In this document: in pieces, positions 53,673-63,981 of the stretch
How the letters are laid out: each line of letters begins with the position of its first letter
Numbering within the stretch: the first letter of the stretch is position 1
Assembly (NCBI GenBank): GCA_963557105.1
Contig: CAUWCX010000008.1
Coordinates: 143-64,142 of the forward strand
Origin: an uncultured Oscillospiraceae bacterium
GTDB taxonomy: Bacteria; Bacillota; Clostridia; Oscillospirales; Oscillospiraceae
Direction of reading: 5' to 3'
DNA length: 64,000 nucleotides
Notes under the pieces: model-generated
The model's input: the letters and a program-made list of their open reading frames with translations, nothing else
Databases searched by the model: none
Told to the model about the DNA's origin: nothing
Made by a program: the position numbers and the translations under genes

Positions 53673-53980
53673 TGGCCAAAAATCGTAGGCCCCTGCCGGA
53701 GGACGACGACGGCCGCACTGTGGCGGACATGAGCGGCATCGAGCTGCCCTCCATGTGGCTGCCCCGGCGGCCCAAGTCGGACACCGCCCCCGCCGTACCC
53801 CAGCGGGAGGAGACGTCACCGGCGGAGGACCGCCCCTGGGAACCCAAGCCCGGGGAGCTGTCCCCCCAGGACCGCAAGCTCTACGTCCTGGCGGCGCTGA
53901 AGGCGTCCCTGCTCATCGGCCTGGCCTTTGTGGCCGGCCTGGGCCTGGTGATCCTGCTGCTGCTGGCACTGTGGTCATAA
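53672..53980 (+). CDS. Small membrane protein (102 aa), translationally coupled to the ABC operon
   Basis: TAATG overlap with the oppF-like stop. C-terminal TM helices LYVLAALKASLLIGLAFVAGLGLVILLLLALW. Confidence 0.5.
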   Translation: MAKNRRPLPEDDDGRTVADMSGIELPSMWLPRRPKSDTAPAVPQREETSPAEDRPWEPKPGELSPQDRKLYVLAALKASLLIGLAFVAGLGLVILLLLALWS

Positions 53981-53986
53981 GAAAAC

Positions 53987-54014
53987 GGACCGCACACCGA
54001 TTGGTGTGCGGTCC
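53987..54014. terminator. Bidirectional terminator hairpin between convergent genes
   Basis: GGACCGCACACC - GATT - GGTGTGCGGTCC. Confidence 0.6.
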
Positions 54015-54030
54015 GCTCGTCTTTCCGCGA

Positions 54031-55257
54031 TCAGAACGCCCAGTTGCCGTCCTTGAAGATCTGCACCTCCCGGCCATCTCGGGTGCGCCCGGTAATGGAC
54101 AGGTCGTCGCAGCCGATCATGAAGTCGGTGTGGACCATGGAGTCGTTGACCCCCTTCGCCCGGCACTCCTCCAGGGTGTACTGGCCGTAGTCCCGCAGGC
54201 AGTTGGCAAAGCCCATGCCCAGGGCCAGGTGGCAGGCGGCGTTCTCGTCAAAGAGGGTATTATAGAACAGCATGCCAGAGCGGCAGATGGGGCTGTCCTG
54301 GGGCACCAGGGCGCACTCCCCCAGCATGGCCGCCCCCTCGTCCATGGCGATCATGGTCCGCAGCAGCTCCTCGTTGCGCTCCGCCTTCACCTCCACCGCC
54401 CGGCCGTTGGCAAAACGGATGGAGAAATTCTCGATCAGCTCCCCCTGGTAGCTCAGGGGCTTGGTGGAATAGACGACCCCCTCCGCCGCCCCCCGCATGG
54501 GGGTGGTGAAGACCTCCTCCGAGGGGATATTGGGGTTAAAGGGGATGTCGCTGCCCAGGGTCCGCTCCTGTCCACCCAGGAAAAGGGCGTCGGGGATAAG
54601 GCCAACGGTGAGGTCCGTGCCGTTGCCCGCCGTATAGTGGAGGCTCTCCAGCCCCAGCCCGTTGAGGTAGTCGCACCGGGCGGCCAGATCCGCGTTGTGG
54701 GCGTCCCAGGCGGCCATCGGGTCATCGTCCACCCGGGAGGTGGTCAAAATGGCCTCCCACAGCTTCTCTATGGCCTGGGCCTTGGTCATGCCGGGGAAGA
54801 GCTTTTTGGCCCAGGCCACCCCAGGAACGGCAGCAATACACCACTGGTAGCGGTTCTCCATCTTGTCCTGATAGGGCTTAATAATGCCGTACTTGGCCTG
54901 CTGGCTCTTGGCCAGCTTGGTCTGATTGATGCCGTTGAGGCCGTCGGGGTCCTCGCTGTCCAGATAGATCACGGCGGGCAGTGCGTCCACCCGATGCTGG
55001 AGCTTGGCCTCCTCCCACGTCTCCACCCTGGACAGGGTCTTTAAGCTGCGGTAGCGGACATGGACCTTGGTGAGGGGCTGGTAGTTCCACTCCACCGTCA
55101 CCTTTCCGGCCCCGGCCTTGTAGCAGGCCTCCACCACCAGCTTCACAAAGTCGGGCTGATCCAGATCCGCCTGGACGATGACCTCCTGGCCCTTCTGGAT
55201 ATTGACGCCCTTCTCCGCAATGAGCTGGGCATATTTCTTCAAGACTGCTTTTTTCAT
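54031..55257 (-). CDS. M29-family aminopeptidase (AmpS/PepS-like)
   Basis: 408 aa. MKKAVLKKYAQLIAEKGVNIQKGQEV.. and the overall pattern are typical of the thermophilic metalloprotease family M29. Confidence 0.8.
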   Translation of the reverse strand: MKKAVLKKYAQLIAEKGVNIQKGQEVIVQADLDQPDFVKLVVEACYKAGAGKVTVEWNYQPLTKVHVRYRSLKTLSRVETWEEAKLQHRVDALPAVIYLDSEDPDGLNGINQTKLAKSQQAKYGIIKPYQDKMENRYQWCIAAVPGVAWAKKLFPGMTKAQAIEKLWEAILTTSRVDDDPMAAWDAHNADLAARCDYLNGLGLESLHYTAGNGTDLTVGLIPDALFLGGQERTLGSDIPFNPNIPSEEVFTTPMRGAAEGVVYSTKPLSYQGELIENFSIRFANGRAVEVKAERNEELLRTMIAMDEGAAMLGECALVPQDSPICRSGMLFYNTLFDENAACHLALGMGFANCLRDYGQYTLEECRAKGVNDSMVHTDFMIGCDDLSITGRTRDGREVQIFKDGNWAF

Positions 55258-55315
55258 ACTGCATCCTCCCTCGTATTATCCTTTGCTCCAACTGCTCCCG
55301 GTTCTCCGCCCCGGG

Positions 55316-56104
55316 CTACTGCTCAAGCTGCGCTAAGTACTCCTCCAGGCAGATCCCCTGCTCGTAGATCTCCTTGGCCGCCGCCCGGCCCACATAGCGG
55401 TAATGCCAGGGCTCGTAAATGATCCCCGTAATGTCGCTCTTGTCGCTGGGGTAGCGGAGAATAAAGCCGTACTCCCAGCTGTGGGCCATGAGCCACTGCT
55501 GCACCGCCGTCTCCTCCTGGGCCTCGTCCAGCACCTGGTAGCTGGTGTCCACGATGTCCAGGGCGAGGCCCAACTGGTGCTCGCTGGTGCCGGGCACGGC
55601 AACCACCTTGCCCGCCTCCTCCGGGGCCAGCTCCGGGTCCACACCGGCGTCAATAAGCCGCCGGATCTTGTTCTGATACAGCTTTTCCTGCTTCTCCCAG
55701 GTGCGGTAGGAAGAGCAGATCAGCGGCTCCAGCCCATCCGCCCGGCAGGCGTCCATCATCTCCTGGAGGTCGGGGTAGCAGCGCTCGTCCACAGCCTGTC
55801 CATTTTTCAGCTGGGTCAGGGTGAGCTGGTAGTCCTCCGCCAGGGGCGTCCAGGGGTTCACCAGCAGCAGCGCCCACGCCTCTCCGGTCTCCTGGCCAGC
55901 GGCCGCCTGGTGCTGGCCGTCCGCGACGGGCGCTTGCTCCCCCCGGCTGTCCGCGGGCTGAGCGGACTCCAGCTTTGTCCAGTTCTGGGTGTCCGTCTGG
56001 CCCTTGGCCCCGGCTGAGCACCCCGACGCACCCCCAAGCATTGCCAGCAGCAGTAGGGTGGCTGTCAGCCGCCGCCCCATGTAAACGCAAACCTTTTTTT
56101 CCAT
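55316..56104 (-). CDS. M15-family D-alanyl-D-alanine carboxypeptidase (VanY-like) lipoprotein
   Basis: Lipobox GGASGC. VAVPGTSEHQLGLALDIVD and EPWHYRYVG metal-binding motifs. Start chosen at ATG 56102-56104. Confidence 0.8.
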   Translation of the reverse strand: MEKKVCVYMGRRLTATLLLLAMLGGASGCSAGAKGQTDTQNWTKLESAQPADSRGEQAPVADGQHQAAAGQETGEAWALLLVNPWTPLAEDYQLTLTQLKNGQAVDERCYPDLQEMMDACRADGLEPLICSSYRTWEKQEKLYQNKIRRLIDAGVDPELAPEEAGKVVAVPGTSEHQLGLALDIVDTSYQVLDEAQEETAVQQWLMAHSWEYGFILRYPSDKSDITGIIYEPWHYRYVGRAAAKEIYEQGICLEEYLAQLEQ

Positions 56105-56360
56105 GCTTGTCCTTTCTTTTCTCTGTTCCCCCACCGGAATTTCGGCAATTGGGGACTTTTTTCTACTCGTGGCCTATCTTACCGGAACATTTTTTCCAAA
56201 ATATGACCGCATTGCATCAAAGTTCCATCATTTGCCGTCGCCCTCCCCGGCCCACAATTTTCTTCAACTGTTTATATTGCAAAAGAGCTAAAGTCGTGTT
56301 ATGATAGGGGGGCATCGCAAAGCCGGAGGCTTTGCATCAGGAAATGCGGAGGGAAAATCT

Positions 56361-57698
56361 ATGGATACGAAAAAGAAACACAGCGCCCACGGCTTTGGCA
56401 GCCGGTGGGGCTTCATCCTGGCCTCGGTGGGCTCCGCCGTGGGCATGGCCAATGTCTGGGGCTTCCCCAACAAGATGGGCAGCAATGGCGGCGGCGCCTT
56501 TTTGCTCATCTATCTGCTCTTTGTCTTTATCTTCAGCTATGTGGGCCTCCCTGCGGAGTTCGCCATCGGCCGCAGAGCCCGCACCGGCACCCTGGGCGCC
56601 TACGAGAACGCCTGGAAGACCCGGGGCGAGAAGGCGGGGAAGGCCGGCGGCCTTCTGGCCTGGCTGCCCCTGGCGGGCTCCATGTGCATTGCCATCGGCT
56701 ACGCCGTCATCGTCTCCTATGTGCTCAAGGCCCTGGTGAACTCCCTCACCGGCTCACTGATGACCGCCGACGCCGCCCAGTGGTTCCAGTCCTTCTCCAC
56801 CACGCCCTACTCCGTGGTCCCCTACCACATCATCGTGGTGGCTATCACGCTGCTGACCCTCTTCTTCGGCGCCAAGAGCATCGAGAAGACCAATAAGATC
56901 ATGATGCCTCTGTTCTTCGTCCTCTTCCTGGTCCTGGCGGTGCGGGTGGCCATGCTCTCCGGCAGCGCGGAGGGATATCTCTTCATGTTCATCCCCCGGT
57001 GGGAGAGCCTGAAGGACCCCATGGTCTGGATCTGGGCTATGGGCCAGGCGTTCTTCTCCCTGTCCGTTACCGGCAGCGGCATGATCGTCTACGGCGCATA
57101 CCTGGGGGAGAAGGAGGACGTGGTGGCCGTCTCCCAGAAGACGGCTCTCTTCGACACTATCGCCGCCGTGGTGGCCGCTCTGGTCATCATCCCCGCCTGC
57201 TTCTCCTATGGGATGGACGTGGGCGCCGGCCCCGGCCTGCTGTTCGAGACACTGCCCACCATCCTGCAGGACATCCCCTTCGGCCAGTTCTTCGCCATCA
57301 TCCTCTATGTGGCCATGATCTTCGCCGGCATCAGCTCCCTACAGAATATGTTCGAGGCCGTGGCGGAGTCCCTGCTCCACAAGTTCCCCAAGCTCAGCCG
57401 CGCCGCTGTTCTCTGCCTGCTGGGCGTGATCTGCCTGGCCTTCGGCCTGGGCATGGAGCCCATCTTCAAGTGGGGCCCCTGGATGGACACCGTCTCCATC
57501 TACATCATCCCCATCGGCGCCACCCTGGGCGCAGTCTCCTGGTTCTGGGTCATGAAGCGGGAGGACCTGCTGCTGGAGATCAACCGGGGCACCACCGGAA
57601 AGCGTGGCCGCCTGTGGTACTTCGTGGGCCGCTATGTCTACGTCCCCTTTGCCGCCATTCTCTGCTGCGTGGCCCTGTTTAAGCAGGTGGCGTTCTAA
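56361..57698 (+). CDS. Sodium-dependent (NSS/SNF family) transporter
   Basis: SRWGFILASVGSAVGMANVWGFP is the NSS TM1 signature. Start ATG 56361 after GGAGGGAAAA. Confidence 0.85.
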   Translation: MDTKKKHSAHGFGSRWGFILASVGSAVGMANVWGFPNKMGSNGGGAFLLIYLLFVFIFSYVGLPAEFAIGRRARTGTLGAYENAWKTRGEKAGKAGGLLAWLPLAGSMCIAIGYAVIVSYVLKALVNSLTGSLMTADAAQWFQSFSTTPYSVVPYHIIVVAITLLTLFFGAKSIEKTNKIMMPLFFVLFLVLAVRVAMLSGSAEGYLFMFIPRWESLKDPMVWIWAMGQAFFSLSVTGSGMIVYGAYLGEKEDVVAVSQKTALFDTIAAVVAALVIIPACFSYGMDVGAGPGLLFETLPTILQDIPFGQFFAIILYVAMIFAGISSLQNMFEAVAESLLHKFPKLSRAAVLCLLGVICLAFGLGMEPIFKWGPWMDTVSIYIIPIGATLGAVSWFWVMKREDLLLEINRGTTGKRGRLWYFVGRYVYVPFAAILCCVALFKQVAF

Positions 57699-57738
57699 GA
57701 ACATCCAAAACGTACAACGATTGGTTTCGATCACCGAA

Positions 57739-57779
57739 GGAGCCGCCGGCAAAATGCCGGCGGCTCCCTTGTCACTTTT
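57739..57779. terminator. Terminator hairpin
   Basis: GGAGCCGCCGGC (57739-57750) pairs with GCCGGCGGCTCC (57756-57767), then CTTGTCACTTTT. Confidence 0.6.
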
Positions 57780-57785
57780 CTTCTA

Positions 57786-59206
57786 TTACATGAGGAATCT
57801 GGCCCAGTCGGCCACCAGGCCCAGGACATTGGACACGAACCGCTTCATGGTCCCCATCTGCTGGGGGGTGTGCCCCTCCGGGGCAATGCTGGTATCCTCG
57901 TCCACCACCGTAAGGGCGGCGTCCGCATACCGGGACATCTCCCGGCGGAGAGCTTCCGTGACCTCAGGGCTGTCCATGACCACCATCAGCTCCGTGTCGA
58001 TGTAGGCGCTGCGCATATCCCAATTAAAGGACCCCACCACAGCCAGATGGTCGTCACAGTGAAGCACTTCCCGTGGTAGGAGATCCCGCCGTCGTACTCC
58101 AGCACCTTTGTCCCCGTCTCCAGAATCTCCCCCTTGTGGAGGCGGTAGTCCATGGCCCCGCAGGGGTTGCCGTTGTTGGCCACGGAGTTGGTCATCATGG
58201 TCACCTCCGGCACCTGCTGGCAGACCTTCTCCAGCCGCTCCATCATCCAGCCGTTGCAGATCATGTAGGGGGTGTGGAATACCACAGACTCCTCTCCCCG
58301 GGCCATGAGCTCGGTGATGGTGTAGAAGGCTGTGGGCTCCTTGGCCCCGGTATGGATGGGGTTGCTCACCAGCCGGACCTGGCGGGTGGGCAGGGTCAGG
58401 TGGCGGTAGTTCATGGGGGCAAACCAGTCGGGATGGGCCTCCTGCTTCTCCAGGAGACGGGAGGCCAGCTCAGCCTGGGCCTCCACCACCCGCTTTTTCT
58501 CCAACTCTTGGACATCATCATGGTAGAGATGGCAGGCCGGAGAATCCCAGACCTTCGCAAAGTAGTCCAGAAGCTGGTGCAGAGAGCTGTCCGACCGGTC
58601 CTCCTCCTGCCACACCAGCACATCCCAGTCGTAATTCTGCTTGCCGTCGTGGTCCCCCAGGAAGTAGTCGTGGGTATTCCGCCCGCCCAGGAGGTAAGCG
58701 GTGTTGTCCACAATGAGGTATTTGTCGTGGAGCCGGGCCATCAGCGTCCAGGGCTTCAGGGGGTTGACCGGGTTGTAGATCTTGATCTCTGCATTCTTCC
58801 GGGCAGAGAGGGTAACAAAGTAGGGGTCCCCGGTCATGCGGGTAAACCCACAGAAGCCGTCCACCACCAACTTGACCTCCACGCCCCGGTCCGCCGCGGC
58901 GATCAGCGCCGCCAGCACATCCTTGCCGCTCTCGTCGCTGCGGATATCAAAGGTGGACAGGATGATTCGCTCCTTCGCCTGGGAGATCATCTGCAGCCGC
59001 CGGGTCAGGGCCTCCCCGTTGTCCGCAATGATGCGCGCCCGCTCCGTCCCCTGCTCGCTGCCGGTATACGCTGTCTCCGCCACAGCCCGGCGGGTCTCCT
59101 CGCTGACCTCCGGGTGGGCGGTAAAGGGCAGGATCGCCCCCAGCAGCAGGTACAGCAGCGCCCCCAACAGCATAAGCAGCAGAACTTTCTTTACCGTGAA
59201 CTTCAT
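57786..59206 (-). pseudogene. Phospholipase D / cardiolipin synthase-like gene split by a 1-nt frameshift inside the second HKD motif
   Basis: ORF 57986..59206 ends ..GGISYHGK then goes out of frame. ORF 57786..58067 continues (V)LHCDDHLAVVGSFNWDMRSAYIDTEL, the rest of the HxK..D..GS.N motif. The K codon (58067-58069) and V codon (58065-58067) share one nucleotide. Confidence 0.7.
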
Positions 59207-59431
59207 ATACCGTCCCTCCAAATCAGCACACATTGGCTTTCTCTTTCTGTCCCTATCATACTGCCGTCCGGGAAAAAAGCACCGGACACTCCTCTGTCCC
59301 TGTGGAAATTTAGGACAGGCGAAAAATATGTTACCTTTTGGGACAGACCGGGCAAATTGTCCCTGTCTGCCCGCCGTTGTTTCGGGTATGCTAAAGGTAA
59401 ATCAACTGTGAAAAACAGGAGCGACCGACAT

Positions 59432-60457
59432 ATGAAACTGGATATGAACCGTATGCTCATTGAGACCGCCATCCGGCGGGCGCTTCAGGGGATGGAGACC
59501 TCCCCCGAGCGGAGCATCCGCAACCTCATCGACCTGGGACTCAACTTTTCCCAGGGAGAACTTCAGCAGAAGCTTCTCCACACCGCCAAGGATATGCTGC
59601 GGGACCAGAACAGCGCCTATTACGCCCTGCTCAAGGACACCCTGGTCCATGTGGATATGGAGAAACTCATCACCCTGGGCATGGACCTGGGCTACAACAG
59701 CTGCACCAAGGGGGCCGCAGCCATCCGCCAGCTGGAGGCGCAGCAGGGCTTCAACATCCCCTGGCTGCTGTCCATGGCGGTGAATTGCGCGTCTCTGCCG
59801 GATCGTGCCGACGACTACGCCCAGATTCTGGCCCAGGGGACGGATCTGGGGATCTACACCTACGCCTTCTTCCCCGACGGAGACCCCACCCCCCTGCTGC
59901 CCCATCTGCGGGCGCAGCGCAGCTGCGCTTTCTTCCTCCTTCTCCCCAGCGGCCAGCTGACGGAAGAGCTGACGGCGGAGCTGAAGCAGCTGGACAACGT
60001 CCTCACTGCGGTACAGGCCGATCAGGACGCCCCGGCAGCCTGCGCCCGTCTGCGGGCGGAGAAGCTGCCCTTCGCCGTCTGGCGGCGGTACGGACAGGCG
60101 GATCAGGCGGACATCCTCTCCGGCCATTGGCTGGAGGATCTGCTGCCCGGACACCCCCTCTTCGCCCTGCTGCTGCCCGAGGTGGGCTGCCCGGCGGAGA
60201 CCCGCTCTGCGGTCTGCGCCTATCTCCACACCCTGCGGGTGGCGCAGAAGACCCCCGTCATCCCCATGGAGCTGCTGCAGGACGGGCTGATGATCGACGA
60301 GATCATCTCCAACAACGGCTGTCTGGTGGGCTTTGACCAGGCGGGCGAGCTGTACACCCACGACGGCCCCTGTCCCCACAGCGGGGTCAACCTCTTCCGC
60401 ACCCCCCTGGAGGATATCCTCCGGCGGGTACAGACCATGCGGGAGGCCAAACCATAA
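59432..60457 (+). CDS. Hypothetical protein (341 aa)
   Basis: ATG 59432 after AGGAG. The upstream part of track ORF 58073..60457 is antisense to the PLD gene. No motif recognised. Confidence 0.5.
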   Translation: MKLDMNRMLIETAIRRALQGMETSPERSIRNLIDLGLNFSQGELQQKLLHTAKDMLRDQNSAYYALLKDTLVHVDMEKLITLGMDLGYNSCTKGAAAIRQLEAQQGFNIPWLLSMAVNCASLPDRADDYAQILAQGTDLGIYTYAFFPDGDPTPLLPHLRAQRSCAFFLLLPSGQLTEELTAELKQLDNVLTAVQADQDAPAACARLRAEKLPFAVWRRYGQADQADILSGHWLEDLLPGHPLFALLLPEVGCPAETRSAVCAYLHTLRVAQKTPVIPMELLQDGLMIDEIISNNGCLVGFDQAGELYTHDGPCPHSGVNLFRTPLEDILRRVQTMREAKP

Positions 60458-60506
60458 AAATATCCCCGGCGGACCGTCCGCAGACGCTCCGCCGGGGGCA
60501 ACAAAC

Positions 60507-61055
60507 CTATTTCTCCCCCAGATCCTGGACGATCTTCAGGGATGTGCCCACCAGGCACTTCTTCAGCAGCTGCGAAAACTCCTCCGCCGTCACGCTGTCC
60601 CGGCCCAGGAGCCACCGCTTGATGGCGCAGACAAAGGCGTCGGCGTAGAAGTCCACCATGAACCGCCCAGTCTCCTCATCCAGGGGGCCCTCCTCCGCAT
60701 TCTCCGCCAGAATAGCGGCAATAATACTGCGGAAGTACTCCGAAAAGGAGTTCTGCCCATCCACGCTGAGGGTCTTGCGGTAAAACGAGCGGTTGTCATA
60801 AAAATACTGGCACAGGGCCTCCACCAGGGACCACCCGGTCTGTCCATCCGACTGGCGCACGACGGTGATGAACTCCGTGTCGTAGATCCAGTTGACCAGG
60901 TCATACTTATCCCGGAAGTGGTAGTAGAAGCTCTTGCGGTTCATCTCGCACCGCTCACAGATGTCGCCTACGCTGATCTTGGAGAAGGGCTGGGTCTCCA
61001 TCAGCTCCTTCAGCGCTGCCGACAGCGCGCGCTTCGTAATGTTTGAATCCGCCAA
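60507..61055 (-). CDS. TetR-family transcriptional regulator
   Basis: N-terminal ITKRALSAALKELMETQPFSKISVGDICERCEMNRKSFYYHFRDKYDL is a TetR HTH. Confidence 0.85.
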   Translation of the reverse strand: MADSNITKRALSAALKELMETQPFSKISVGDICERCEMNRKSFYYHFRDKYDLVNWIYDTEFITVVRQSDGQTGWSLVEALCQYFYDNRSFYRKTLSVDGQNSFSEYFRSIIAAILAENAEEGPLDEETGRFMVDFYADAFVCAIKRWLLGRDSVTAEEFSQLLKKCLVGTSLKIVQDLGEK

Positions 61056-61267
61056 AGGCCCGCCTCCTTCCTGTCTTTAGGAAATCATCGTATCACATCT
61101 TCCGCCCGATTTCAACAAAAATCGTTTTTGGACACTTGGATAAATTTGTCCAAAAACGTAACACTTCACCCACCGCGGGGAAAATCACGACAGTTCCCCG
61201 TTCTGTCCCCTGTCCGTGGTGCGTAAACCTGCTATAATAGAGTCACCAAACAAAGGAGGAATCCGCG

Positions 61268-63883
61268 TTGCAATTTCATGACAAGACCAGAGAGGATGTG
61301 CTCAGCCACCTCTCCACTGACCCCCAGCAGGGCCTGCGGGGCGATCAGCTGCCCAAGCTGCGGGAGCAGTACGGCCCCAACAAGCTTCGTGAAAAGAAAA
61401 AGAAAACCAATCTCCAGCGATTCTTTGACCAGTTCAAAGATGTAATGATCCTGATCCTCATTGCGGCGGCGGCAGTTTCCTTTGCCATCGCCTGCACCCA
61501 GCACGACCCCATGGAGTTCTTTGAGCCGGTGCTGATCCTGCTGATCGTGGTGCTCAACGCCATTATGGGTATGCTGCAGGAGAGCAAGGCGGAGAAGGCC
61601 CTGGACGCCCTGAAGAGTATGTCCGCCCCCCACGCCCGGGTCATCCGGGACGGCCAGGAGGCGGTTATTGACGCCAGCGAGCTGGTCCCCGGCGACATCA
61701 TCCGCCTGGAGGCCGGCGACTTCATCCCCGCCGACGCCCGCCTGCTGGAGAGCGTCAGCCTGAAGAGCGAGGAGTCCGCCCTCACCGGCGAGTCCGTCCC
61801 CTCGGAGAAGGACGCTGACGCCGTGGTGGCGGAGAAGGCCCCCCTGGGCGACCGGAGCAACATGGTGTTCTCCGGCTGCTCCGTGACCTACGGTACCGCC
61901 CTGGCGGTGGTCACGGCCACCGGTATGGACACGGAGATGGGCAAGATCGCCGGCCTGCTGGACGGCGAGGGCGACACCCAGACCCCCCTGCAGAAGAAGC
62001 TGGCCCAGCTGGGCAAGTACCTGGGCATCCTGGCCCTGGCCGCCTGCGCCGTCATCCTGGTGGTGGGCCTCTTCAACGGCATCCCCGTCATGGAGATCTT
62101 CATGACCGCCGTGTCCCTGGCTGTTTCCGCTATCCCCGAGGGCCTGCCCGCCATCGTCACCATCGTGCTGTCCATCGGTGTTCAGCGGATGGTGAAGAAG
62201 AACGCCCTGATCCGCCGCCTGCCCGCCGTGGAGACCCTGGGCAGCGCCTCCATTATCTGCTCCGATAAGACCGGTACCCTGACCCAGAACCGCATGACCC
62301 TGGTGAAGGGCTATCTGGACGGTCAGGAGAAGCCCCAGGATATCACCGACCACTGCGGCGAGGATCTGCGCCAGCTGCTGTGCCTGGGTACCCTGTGCTG
62401 CGACGGCTCCGTGGTGGTGAAGGACGGCCAGGAGCAGCATATCGGCGACCCCACCGAGACCTCCATCGTCCTGGCTGCCCACAAAAACGGTATGCCCAAG
62501 GACGAGCTGCTGCAGAAGTATCCCCGGGTGGGCGAGCTGCCTTTTGACTCCGACCGCAAGCTCATGAGCACCATCAACCGCATGGACGGCAAGCTGGTGG
62601 TCATCGTCAAGGGCGCCTTCGATATGATGGCCCCCCGCTGTATCCACGGCGATCTGGACACCGCCCGCCGCCTCACCGAGGAGATGAGCGCCGACGCCCT
62701 CCGCGTCCTGGCCGTGGCCTACAAGGAGATCGACGCCATTCCCCAGGAGCTCACCAGTGAGGATCTGGAAAACGGCCTGACCTTCCTGGGCCTTGTGGGC
62801 ATGATCGATCCCCCCAGACCCGAGGCCCGGGAGGCTGTGGCCACCTGCCGCCGCGCCGGCATCAAGCCCATTATGATCACCGGCGACCACGTGGTCACCG
62901 CCTCCGCCATCGCCCGGGATCTGGGTATCCTGGAGGAGGGCGACCGCGCCATCACCGGCGCCGAGCTGGACGCCATGAGCGAGAGCGAACTGGACCAGCA
63001 GGTGCAGCACATCTCCGTCTACGCCCGCGTTTCCCCTGAGAACAAGATCCGCATCGTCAAGGCCTGGCAGCGCCGTGGCGAGGTGGTCTCCATGACCGGC
63101 GACGGCGTTAACGACGCCCCCGCCCTGAAGGCCGCCGACATCGGCTGCGCCATGGGCATCACCGGCACCGACGTGGCCAAGGGCGCCGCGGATATGACGC
63201 TGACCGACGACAACTTCGCCACCATCGTGGACGCTGTCCGCGAGGGCCGCGGCATCTACGCCAACATCCGCAAGGTGGTGGGCTTCCTGCTGGGCACCAA
63301 TATCGGCGAGGTCATCACCGTGTTCGTGGCTATGCTCCTGTGGCACAAGACCCCCCTGCTGAGTATGCAGCTGCTGTGGATCAACCTGGTCACCGACAGC
63401 CTGCCCGCCATCGCCCTGGGTATGGAGGCTGTGGAGCCCGGCGTCATGGACCAGAAGCCCAAGCCCAAGAACGAGGGCATCTTCGCCCACGGTCTGGGTC
63501 TGCGGGTGGTCCTGCAGGGTTGTATGTTCGCCATTCTCTCCCTGGTGGCCTTCTGCGTCGGCGAAAGCTCCACCGGTCTCCTGGCCGGCGGTCAGACCAT
63601 GGCCTTCATGGTCCTGGCCCTGTCCCAGGTCATCCAGGCCTACAACATGCGCTCCGAGCGCTCCCTGTTCAAGATCGGCGTATTCACCAACCGCCGTCTG
63701 AACCAGGCTTGCCTGGTGTCCATCCTGCTGATGGCTCTGGTCCTGTTCACCCCCGTGGGCATCGCCTTCGGTATGGTGAAGCTCTCCGGCAGCCTGTACC
63801 TGCTGGGTCTGGGCCTGTCCCTTGTCCCCGTGGTGATCATGGAGCTGTCCAAGGCCTGCGGCCTCATCAAGCATCAGCACTAA
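61268..63883 (+). CDS. P-type cation-transporting ATPase (Ca2+/PMCA-SERCA-like, type IIA)
   Basis: ICSDKTGTLTQN phosphorylation site, MITGDH, TGDGVNDAPALK. TTG start 9 nt after AGGAGG. Confidence 0.9.
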   Translation: MQFHDKTREDVLSHLSTDPQQGLRGDQLPKLREQYGPNKLREKKKKTNLQRFFDQFKDVMILILIAAAAVSFAIACTQHDPMEFFEPVLILLIVVLNAIMGMLQESKAEKALDALKSMSAPHARVIRDGQEAVIDASELVPGDIIRLEAGDFIPADARLLESVSLKSEESALTGESVPSEKDADAVVAEKAPLGDRSNMVFSGCSVTYGTALAVVTATGMDTEMGKIAGLLDGEGDTQTPLQKKLAQLGKYLGILALAACAVILVVGLFNGIPVMEIFMTAVSLAVSAIPEGLPAIVTIVLSIGVQRMVKKNALIRRLPAVETLGSASIICSDKTGTLTQNRMTLVKGYLDGQEKPQDITDHCGEDLRQLLCLGTLCCDGSVVVKDGQEQHIGDPTETSIVLAAHKNGMPKDELLQKYPRVGELPFDSDRKLMSTINRMDGKLVVIVKGAFDMMAPRCIHGDLDTARRLTEEMSADALRVLAVAYKEIDAIPQELTSEDLENGLTFLGLVGMIDPPRPEAREAVATCRRAGIKPIMITGDHVVTASAIARDLGILEEGDRAITGAELDAMSESELDQQVQHISVYARVSPENKIRIVKAWQRRGEVVSMTGDGVNDAPALKAADIGCAMGITGTDVAKGAADMTLTDDNFATIVDAVREGRGIYANIRKVVGFLLGTNIGEVITVFVAMLLWHKTPLLSMQLLWINLVTDSLPAIALGMEAVEPGVMDQKPKPKNEGIFAHGLGLRVVLQGCMFAILSLVAFCVGESSTGLLAGGQTMAFMVLALSQVIQAYNMRSERSLFKIGVFTNRRLNQACLVSILLMALVLFTPVGIAFGMVKLSGSLYLLGLGLSLVPVVIMELSKACGLIKHQH

Positions 63884-63920
63884 CCCCCTGTAACGCACCT
63901 CCCCCTTCAGCGAGTCCTAC

Positions 63921-63981
63921 AGCGCCCTCCGGCCACAGCCGGAGGGCGCTGAGACTGTCAAAAAAGTGCAAGCACTTTTTT
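63921..63981 (+). terminator. Two consecutive hairpins after the ATPase gene
   Basis: AGCGCCCTCCGGC/GCCGGAGGGCGCT (63921-63950) and AAAAAAGTGC-AA-GCACTTTTTT (63960-63981). Confidence 0.55.

Noticed and set aside
49281-53819. 1512-aa minus-strand ORF over the ABC transporter operon
   Set aside because: Antisense to four genes with clear ABC motifs. Same low-complexity G/A/V/H/D/L composition. Artefact.
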